Shown: positions 25,056 to 32,000 of the stretch, in pieces
How positions within the stretch are numbered: the first letter of the stretch is position 1
Layout of the letters: every line of letters begins with the position of its first letter
From: Candidatus Heimdallarchaeota archaeon
GTDB lineage: Archaea; Asgardarchaeota; Heimdallarchaeia; Heimdallarchaeales; Kariarchaeaceae
Assembly (NCBI GenBank): GCA_030149205.1
Contig: JASBSB010000007.1
Coordinates: 330,001 to 362,000 of the forward strand
Length of the DNA stretch: 32,000 bases
Direction: 5' to 3'
Program-made: the position numbers and the translations under genes
The notes under the pieces: model-generated
What the model was told of the DNA's origin: nothing
Database searches by the model: none
Seen by the model: only the letters and a program-made list of their open reading frames with translations

Positions 25056-26288
25056 TTAAAATTTCACTCTTATTTTCCCAGTGAGAAGTTGTTCCATCAA
25101 GCCCTTTTTCTGTCGCTGAAGTTTCTTAAGAATTTTACGCTCAAGTTGGACCTCTTTATCTATTGAAGATAGAACTGCAATAATTTTTTGTTGTTCATTC
25201 TGAGGTGGAATAGGAATTATTAATTTTTTCATGTCTCGTAGCGATAATTCAAGAAAAGTAGTTCCAGAGGCTATTTGTTTCATTTTTCGCTTTAATAAAG
25301 GTAAAAAATAAGCTAAAAATTTGGTCTCAACCTTTTCAGGAATAATACCTGTAATTCCCTGATTAAATGAAACTTTTTGTTTTGTGATGACCAAGTCACC
25401 AATAGTTGCTCTCGTGCAAACAAGTAGACAATTGGCTGGAACAACTTTTGATTTGTTTGTTTCCCAACCAATCTGACTAAGTTTTCTATTTGTATTTTCT
25501 AGGATTTTCCCATTTATTGGAACGATATCTGTAGGAGTTGCCCATAGGTGCTCACCATTCCAAAAATCTTTAATTTGAGTGCTTGGTGTATTCCCTCGAA
25601 TAAGACTACTAGCATCCCCTAATCTTATGATCATCCATTCTTTTGGAATCATCCCAATAGTGCTGTCCTTGAATTCACTATGCCATCCTGGCATCCCCTT
25701 AGTTAGCAGCTGCTGCATGAGTCCCTTCTTGAGTCGTTTTGTTTTTTGGATGACCTTTTTTGTTGCTTGTATTGCGTTGTCTACTGCCGAGAGGATGTCT
25801 GCGATCTTTCGCTGCTCGGGGAGGGGGGGAACTGGTAAACTTATGGTCTGAAATGAAGATTTGTTTATGATTGGGACAACATTTTTTCCCACAAGTTGAT
25901 TTATTACCAACGGAAATTTTCTTAATATAGCGTAAAATATGTATCTAAAATCAAAATATTCCCCGTTTACGATTAAAGCATTTATCTGTTGGTTCGTTGC
26001 AGAGGTCACCTTAGTGATTCCCATTTTTCCTAATGTCCCTATACACGTTACAATTACTGTGTTTGGTGGAAGTAAATTTGCTTTTGATAAACCCTTTATA
26101 GTTAAAGTTCTCAGTGACTGTTCAATATAGGTTTGAGTATTCTCAAGGTCTGCTGGTGTAATAAAAGGAATTTCACCACCAAAATAATCTTGAATTTTAG
26201 TTGAAGGAGTTTTTCCAGTTACAACTTCTCCAATATCTTTAATCGATTTCAAATCCCAATTGGAGGGTACAATTTTCTTAAGGATCAT
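25056..26288 (-). CDS. hsdS: Type I restriction-modification specificity subunit
   Basis: Two TRDs separated by the conserved helices PPLPEQRKIADILSAVD...KKGLMQQLLT and PPQNEQQKII...KKGLMEQLLTGKIRV; 11-bp overlap with hsdM. Confidence 0.95.
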   Translation of the reverse strand: MILKKIVPSNWDLKSIKDIGEVVTGKTPSTKIQDYFGGEIPFITPADLENTQTYIEQSLRTLTIKGLSKANLLPPNTVIVTCIGTLGKMGITKVTSATNQQINALIVNGEYFDFRYIFYAILRKFPLVINQLVGKNVVPIINKSSFQTISLPVPPLPEQRKIADILSAVDNAIQATKKVIQKTKRLKKGLMQQLLTKGMPGWHSEFKDSTIGMIPKEWMIIRLGDASSLIRGNTPSTQIKDFWNGEHLWATPTDIVPINGKILENTNRKLSQIGWETNKSKVVPANCLLVCTRATIGDLVITKQKVSFNQGITGIIPEKVETKFLAYFLPLLKRKMKQIASGTTFLELSLRDMKKLIIPIPPQNEQQKIIAVLSSIDKEVQLERKILKKLQRQKKGLMEQLLTGKIRVKF

Positions 26289-27891
26289 TTATCCCCAATT
26301 CCTCCAAATATTTCTCTACAATCTTCGTTGCCTCATCTCGTTCCTTCATTGCAGTTCGCCATTCCTTCACAGCCTCCTTCAGATCGATCTCCTCCTCTGG
26401 TTCTGAGGTGTCCACATATCTGGTGATGTTCAGCACGTAATCATTCTCCTTGATCTCATCCATGTCAACAACCCGTGCATAACGCTCGATCCCTCCATCC
26501 TTTTCCACCCTCTCAAAGCTGTCATAGGTGTCAACTATCTTTTTGATGTCCTCATCTCTCAGGAAGTTCTGTGCCTTGCCTGCCTCGAATTCCTCTGCTG
26601 CGTGAATAAAGATTACCCTGTTTCTCCTGCTCTCAGCCTTCTTCTTGTTTATCACCAGGATGCACCCCGGGATCCCTGTGCCATAGAAGAGGTTCTGCGG
26701 CAGTCCTATGACTGCCTCTATGGCATCCTCCTCAAGCAGTCCCTTTCTTATCTTACCCTCTGCACTCCCTCTGAACAGCACACCATGTGGCATCACAACA
26801 CCCAGTATTCCGTTGTTCTTCAGGGTCGCATACATGTGCTGGAGGAAGGCCAGGTCACCGTATGATTTTGGAGGGATGCCGAATCTAAACCTGCCATATC
26901 CTCCCTCTTGATCTGCCTTTGCCTCCTCATACCCCCAGTTTTTCAGTGAGAACGGTGGGTTTGCCATGACCCTGTCAAATTTCATAAGCTCACCATTTTC
27001 TACAAACTGTGGGTTTCGAAGGGTGTCTCCCTTCCGTATATCAGAGTCAGGAAGCCCATGGAGGAGCATGTTCATCTTACAGATACCCCAGGTGTTGATG
27101 TTTTTGTCCTGACCAGTGAGTGTCACGTTTATGGGAGGGGTTCTTGGGTCTTTTCCCTCCTTTTCTCTCTGTTCTCTGAGATAATAGATGGTGTTGATAA
27201 GAAAGCCCCCAGAGCCGACGGTTGGGTCATTGATCTTCATTCCCTCGATTGGCTTGAGCAGTCTGACAATTAGCTCGACAACCCTCTGAGGTGTGTAGAA
27301 CTCCCCTCCCTTTTTTCCAGAATCATCCGCAAACTGCTTGATAAGGTATTCATATGCCCGGCCAAGGATGTCTGGGTCACCAAGGCTGCTGTTGCTGAGT
27401 TCTAACCTGCTGTAATGCTGGATCAGAACAGAGAGTGTCTCATCCTTCAGCTTCTCCTTGTCGTTGAAGACGATGTTTTTCAGGACACCCTCAAGGTTAG
27501 TGTTGGCATCTTCCAGCTCAGCCATGGCCTTGTCCAGCCCCTCTCCGATGTTTGAGGTGAGGGCACTTATAGGGGTTATTTCTTGTTTATCTTCCTCAGT
27601 GAATGAGTCATCAGCATACCATCTGGCAGCCTTTGGGACGAAGAACTGATGAAAGTCATGGTCATTCCATGCGAGTTCCCTGTCACCGTGTTCCTTTTCT
27701 AGTTCCTTTGCATGCTCGACGAAGACATCGTTCATTCGCTTCAGAAAGAGGAGCCCGAAGATGTATTGCTTGTATTCTGAGGAGTCAATGCTCCCTCTTA
27801 GGATGTCAGCAGATTTCCAGAGATGTGCTTCCAGCTCTTGTTGTGTGATTTTTCCATTGCTTATAGGTTTCCACCCGACCCGTTGTTTCAT
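26278..27891 (-). CDS. hsdM: Type I restriction-modification m6A methyltransferase subunit
   Basis: LEAHLWKSADILRG, GEFYTP, motif I DPTVGSGGF, motif IV NPPF and YVLNITRYVD. Confidence 0.96.
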   Translation of the reverse strand: MKQRVGWKPISNGKITQQELEAHLWKSADILRGSIDSSEYKQYIFGLLFLKRMNDVFVEHAKELEKEHGDRELAWNDHDFHQFFVPKAARWYADDSFTEEDKQEITPISALTSNIGEGLDKAMAELEDANTNLEGVLKNIVFNDKEKLKDETLSVLIQHYSRLELSNSSLGDPDILGRAYEYLIKQFADDSGKKGGEFYTPQRVVELIVRLLKPIEGMKINDPTVGSGGFLINTIYYLREQREKEGKDPRTPPINVTLTGQDKNINTWGICKMNMLLHGLPDSDIRKGDTLRNPQFVENGELMKFDRVMANPPFSLKNWGYEEAKADQEGGYGRFRFGIPPKSYGDLAFLQHMYATLKNNGILGVVMPHGVLFRGSAEGKIRKGLLEEDAIEAVIGLPQNLFYGTGIPGCILVINKKKAESRRNRVIFIHAAEEFEAGKAQNFLRDEDIKKIVDTYDSFERVEKDGGIERYARVVDMDEIKENDYVLNITRYVDTSEPEEEIDLKEAVKEWRTAMKERDEATKIVEKYLEELGINDP

Positions 27892-28069
27892 TTCACTGCT
27901 TGTTTAGAAAGTTTTCTTAGGTAGGTTGAATCAAAGAGCTTTCTTTTGCGTTTGATGTGAATCGTGAATAAATGTTGTTTACTGCTCCTTTGTAAAATTT
28001 TTGTGTTTCTGGTATGTCTTCTGACCTTGTAATGTCTTCTCATCTTATGTTAAAGGGTAACGCTCTGGT

Positions 28070-28110
28070 CTTAAAACTATAGACTTAAAACTAAGGACTT
28101 AATAAACTGA
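28070..28110 (+). repeat. 3 x ~14-bp direct repeat in the divergent hsdM / M48 intergenic region
   Basis: cttaaaactataga cttaaaactaagga cttaataaactga. Confidence 0.6.
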
Positions 28111-28131
28111 TCTCAGAAGGGGATTTGAGAC

Positions 28132-28851
28132 ATGCCAACCTTAAATTTTCCCAAGCAGCAGCTTGAGTATCAGATAAAGTTCTCATCACGTCGAAAGACG
28201 ATAGGCATAGCTGTGGATAAGGAGCATGGGTTGGTGGTGACTGCACCAACTGGGACCTCTCCTGATGTTGTTCAGGGGCTTGTGAGTGAGAAGATGGATT
28301 GGATTAAGAAAAGTCTCGATAAGGTTGATCAGATACTTCCTCCTGCCAACAAAAAGTTCTTTGTAAGCGGTGAGCGACTTTTATACCTTGGTCGGTCATA
28401 TCGTCTTGAGGTAATCCGGAAAGAATCCAAACGTATTCGCTTCAGATTTTATCATGGGAGATTTATTGTGGAGTATCCCCGAGAGGTTGAGTATGACTCT
28501 TCTCGTGTCAGAAGGCATGTTGTAAGGTGGTACAGAGAAAAGGCACTTGAGAAGCTTTCCCAGAGGGTTACATTTTATGCAGCCAAGGTTGGCAAGGTTC
28601 CAGAGGATGTGCGAGTCCGAGATTTCAAATCAAGATGGGGTAGCTGTCAGGTTGATGGGGCACTTGATTTTAACTGGAGGATTATTATGGCTCCTATGTC
28701 GATAGTTGATTATCTGGTTGTTCATGAGCTGGTTCATCTCATTCACAGGGGGCACAGCCGTAGATACTGGAGTCGGCTGTCTGCTATTCTTTTGGATCAC
28801 AAACGGAGAAAGGATTGGTTACGGATCAACGGGGCCACATTGAGTTTTTAG
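28132..28851 (+). CDS. M48-family (YgjP/DUF45-like) zinc metallopeptidase associated with type I R-M
   Basis: SSRRKTIGI, KSRWGSC, FNWRII.AP..IVDYLVVHELVHLIHRGHS (HExxH). Confidence 0.92.
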   Translation: MPTLNFPKQQLEYQIKFSSRRKTIGIAVDKEHGLVVTAPTGTSPDVVQGLVSEKMDWIKKSLDKVDQILPPANKKFFVSGERLLYLGRSYRLEVIRKESKRIRFRFYHGRFIVEYPREVEYDSSRVRRHVVRWYREKALEKLSQRVTFYAAKVGKVPEDVRVRDFKSRWGSCQVDGALDFNWRIIMAPMSIVDYLVVHELVHLIHRGHSRRYWSRLSAILLDHKRRKDWLRINGATLSF

Positions 28852-29015
28852 AAAAACATGAGCAAATAGCAGAATAATTTATTAAGGTTATTAATACGTG
28901 TATCACTCCATCAATCAGAATATGGAATTATCCATCTGTCTCAGGCATATCTGTGTAGGATGGAAAGCTCAGGGTAGAAGTTTTTATATCAAACTAGAAA
29001 AAACCTAATGAGAAA

Positions 29016-29264
29016 ATGTTTCAATACAGGGTAAAACAGGATTTTCTGGTTAATTGTCCGAGATGTTTTGTTCATCAGAGTCACTTTACCATATGCGACT
29101 TCTTGATCTGTACCCATTGTGGGCTTGAATTCTACATTTTGAGGGGGAAGGCAGAGGTCTTGAGTACTCGCTCATACAATGGTGAGAGATATGCCCGTAG
29201 AACTGAGTATCTACACCTGTTAAATGCCTGCCCCTATTGTCAATCTTTCTGTGGCGTTAATTAG
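29016..29264 (+). CDS. Small Cys-rich, putative zinc-ribbon protein
   Basis: 82 aa with CPRC, CTHC and CPYCQSFC; same strand as its neighbours. Confidence 0.4.
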   Translation: MFQYRVKQDFLVNCPRCFVHQSHFTICDFLICTHCGLEFYILRGKAEVLSTRSYNGERYARRTEYLHLLNACPYCQSFCGVN

Positions 29265-29517
29265 AGGAATCTTTCAGATTGTGACTTCCCCTAAAATTTG
29301 TAAGTTCGACAATTCAAATTTCTGGGCGGAATAATTCTCGTTATTTTTGTAAATTCGGATTAGAAGACTCTGCAGATGCTTTTCCCCAGTTTCATACTAT
29401 CCTTAACCATCCACTCTTATCAATCAGATGTGGCTTTGTGTTCAAATCCCCGGAAAAATAATGAAATCTTTGTCTGTGGGGGCAAAAGTTCTTTATTGTC
29501 TTGACACTCTTTGAGTT

Positions 29518-30390
29518 ATGAATCAAAGGGGGAAGCTGATACAGGTATTCCTTAAGTACAATGACCCAAACCGTCTTACTATAACAGAAATTAAAAATTG
29601 GACGGGGCAGGCATTGATGGTGTCTAGAGGGGATCTGACTGATCTGCTCAAACGTAAAGAAGCCAAAGGTGTTGGTGTCTATCTGTTGTTAGGGGAAGAA
29701 GATGGCACATTGAATATTTATGTTGGAGAGACAGAAAATTTTAGAGAGCGAATCAAGGGACATTTCGCCAAAGAATTTTGGAACAAGGTTATACTTTTTG
29801 TGAACAAGGATTCAAATCTCACAAAGGCTCACGTGCAATATCTGGAACAAATGCTCTATAAGAAATTAGTGGATAGCAGTGATGTGACGCTTACCAATTC
29901 AAATGTTCCTAACAAGGGAATATTGCCAGAGGCAGAGGAAGAGACCATGGGTGAGTTTCTTGACAATCTATACCTTGTTCTTGGTGTTCTGGGTTATTCT
30001 AATCTTTCTTCCCAGGAAATCTCCAAGAAACCCAAATTCTTTGCCAGAAAGGTCAGTGATCCCAACATAAAAGGAGAGATGATTATAAAAGGGGAGCAAT
30101 ATGTTGTTCTCAAAGGTTCTCAATTTCAGAATGACACAAAGCAAATTCGTGAACAAAAACTTCCTGTGACATATTATAAACGAATTGAGGATTTAATTAA
30201 CAAGGGGATTATAGTTGATAAAGGTGATTATTATCAGTTGACAAAAGATATTTCCTTTTCTTCTCCGAGTACAGCAGCGTTATTTGTCTTGGGGAGAAGA
30301 TCAAATGGTAGAACCGAATGGAAGACAAAAGATGGATTAACCTTTGCTGAATTCGAAGAAAAATTAGCAGGGGTAGATCCCAAAGTTTAA
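29518..30390 (+). CDS. GIY-YIG nuclease-family protein with a C-terminal DUF4357-like domain
   Basis: GVYLLLG...IYVGETENFRERIKGH; C-terminal FSSPSTAALFVLGRRSNGRTEWK. Confidence 0.88.
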   Translation: MNQRGKLIQVFLKYNDPNRLTITEIKNWTGQALMVSRGDLTDLLKRKEAKGVGVYLLLGEEDGTLNIYVGETENFRERIKGHFAKEFWNKVILFVNKDSNLTKAHVQYLEQMLYKKLVDSSDVTLTNSNVPNKGILPEAEEETMGEFLDNLYLVLGVLGYSNLSSQEISKKPKFFARKVSDPNIKGEMIIKGEQYVVLKGSQFQNDTKQIREQKLPVTYYKRIEDLINKGIIVDKGDYYQLTKDISFSSPSTAALFVLGRRSNGRTEWKTKDGLTFAEFEEKLAGVDPKV

Positions 30391-30509
30391 CTCATTCTTC
30401 CTCATCTAAGGAAAAAATATGTGTTTTTATACTAAAGGGGCGCATAATTATCTCAGGCTGAGGCAACACTAAAATGGTATGGAATTTTCAAGATGACAAG
30501 GAGAATTAT

Positions 30510-32000
30510 TTGTCTGGGTGGAATGAATTTACATTAAGCGAGGGGCCTGCAATAAAGCTGTTGGAAAAATTGGGATACACCTATGTGTCTCCAACAGTCC
30601 TCGAATCAGAGCGGGAGAGGTTACAAAACCCTGTTGTGGAGCCACGGTTAAGAAAAGCAATAAAACGAATAAACCCATGGATATCTGAAGAGAATATTCT
30701 CAGGGTACTTAACAAGATTACAAGGGTTCCGGGGAATAGTGGGTTAGAGATAAACCAGAAGGTTCATGAGCATCTAGTTGGTTATCTTTCTGTGACTCAA
30801 GAGATAGATGGAGAGAGGTCTTCTAAAACTGTTAAAATCATTGACTTTGAGAATGTTGACAACAATGAGTTCATCGTTACAAATCAGTATCGTGTAGTTG
30901 GACCCAAGAAAGAGATACGGTGTGATGTGGTCTGTCTGATCAATGGGCTTCCAATAGTGGTCATTGAGGCGAAGAATCCCACGAGTTCAAAGGGGAGCAT
31001 AGAAGAGGCGGTCAAACAGTTGCAACGTTACCAATCCAGTGAAAGAGGTGCTCCTGCATTGTTTTATTACACGCATGTGCTGATACCAATAAACAGGGTG
31101 CAGGCTATGGTTGGGACGAATGATACACCACCGCAGCACTATCTGGAATGGAAGGATCCCTATCCGAAGCTTCTTGAGGAAGTTGAAGCCTTTGTGAGTC
31201 GTAAACCTAATACCCAGGATATAGCACTTGTAGGAGTCTTAACTCCAGAGAATCTGTTAGATATTATTCAAAATTTCGTGGTGTATGAGGTAGCTGATGG
31301 GAAGACACAGAAAAAAATTCCAAGGTATCAGCAGTACCGAGCGGTAAACAAGGCAATCAAACGCATTGTTCAAAATTGGGGGACTAATGATAAGGAGCAG
31401 ATCAAGAAGAGAGGTGGTGTTATCTGGCACACACAGGGATCTGGTAAGTCATTGACAATGCTGTTTCTGGCAACCAAGCTGAGAAGGGTGAATCTGTTGC
31501 AGAATCCCACTGTCTTGGTGGTAACAGATCGAATAAACCTTGATAAACAGATTACCAACACCTTTCGCCGTTGTAACTTCCCCAGTCCAATTTCTGCTAA
31601 AAGCACTTCTCATCTTCAGAAGTTAGTTAAAGAGATTGATCAAGTTCCAGGGAGAACTATCCTAACAACAATTCACAAGTTTCAGGAGAAGAATCGGGCA
31701 GTTCCCTATCCTGAGCTTGCAAGCTCAGCAAATGTCATTGTGCTTGCCGATGAGGCTCATCGAACCCAGTACAAGGGTCTTGCCATGAATATGAGAACTG
31801 CGCTTCCCAATGCGACCTTTATTGCCTTTACTGGTACTCCGTTGATTAAGGCAGAAAATATCACCACCTCAACCTTCAGCAACTATATTGACAAGTACAG
31901 CATAAATCAATCAGTCCAAGACAAGGCAACAGTGCCAATTTTTTATGAGGGAAGGCTACCTAATTTACATGTTGAAAAGCAAGCAATGGATCTTATGCTG
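30510..32000 (+). CDS. hsdR: Type I restriction endonuclease subunit R (partial; runs off the window and is absent from the ORF track)
   Basis: Translated by hand: nuclease motif CDVVCLINGLPIVVIEAKNP, Walker A WHTQGSGKS, DEAH box and FTGTP. The TTG at 30510 follows AAGGAG by 6 nt; an alternative in-frame ATG is at 30474. Confidence 0.95.
   Translation, partial: MSGWNEFTLSEGPAIKLLEKLGYTYVSPTVLESERERLQNPVVEPRLRKAIKRINPWISEENILRVLNKITRVPGNSGLEINQKVHEHLVGYLSVTQEIDGERSSKTVKIIDFENVDNNEFIVTNQYRVVGPKKEIRCDVVCLINGLPIVVIEAKNPTSSKGSIEEAVKQLQRYQSSERGAPALFYYTHVLIPINRVQAMVGTNDTPPQHYLEWKDPYPKLLEEVEAFVSRKPNTQDIALVGVLTPENLLDIIQNFVVYEVADGKTQKKIPRYQQYRAVNKAIKRIVQNWGTNDKEQIKKRGGVIWHTQGSGKSLTMLFLATKLRRVNLLQNPTVLVVTDRINLDKQITNTFRRCNFPSPISAKSTSHLQKLVKEIDQVPGRTILTTIHKFQEKNRAVPYPELASSANVIVLADEAHRTQYKGLAMNMRTALPNATFIAFTGTPLIKAENITTSTFSNYIDKYSINQSVQDKATVPIFYEGRLPNLHVEKQAMDLML

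Noticed and set aside
29435-29455. tRNA T-loop-like GTTCAAATCCCC
   Set aside because: The flanks do not form a T-stem, and no cloverleaf can be built upstream.
31370-31606. 78-aa minus-strand ORF
   Set aside because: It is an antisense shadow of hsdR.
1-32000. Transposase, integrase or provirus explaining the insertions
   Set aside because: No DDE, tyrosine/serine recombinase, terminal inverted repeats or virion genes were recognised in the window.

Overview
A 32 kb archaeal window, probably Asgard/Heimdallarchaeia-like. This is inferred from LPESIG-type cytoplasmic LRRs, a PCI-like winged helix, PGF-CTERM-type anchored surface proteins and TATA boxes 21-31 nt upstream of start codons. It is an accessory region that mixes defence genes with duplicated cell-surface and membrane genes. 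Defence content: an NLR-like STAND protein (helical N-terminus, NACHT NTPase, PCI-like winged helix, helical repeats, LRRs; 843-3887), an EVE-domain McrBC type IV system (5368-9068), an LRR-only protein with about 22 repeats, and a type I R-M locus split into divergent halves (hsdM-hsdS on minus; M48 peptidase, GIY-YIG/DUF4357 and hsdR on plus, with hsdR running off the window). An AT-rich two-gene cassette of unknown function lies just downstream of hsdS. The middle of the window holds tandem paralogues: three polytopic membrane genes (one decayed), two pairs of secreted C-terminally anchored proteins, and a beta-helix surface protein. Twice, a decayed piece of a gene sits on the far side of an inserted gene from its intact copy: a 39/40 bp direct repeat brackets the NLR-like gene, and a 5' APH remnant brackets the beta-helix gene. 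No rRNA, tRNA, CRISPR array, integrase, transposase or reverse transcriptase was recognised. All domain calls come from reading motifs by eye; no database searches were run.
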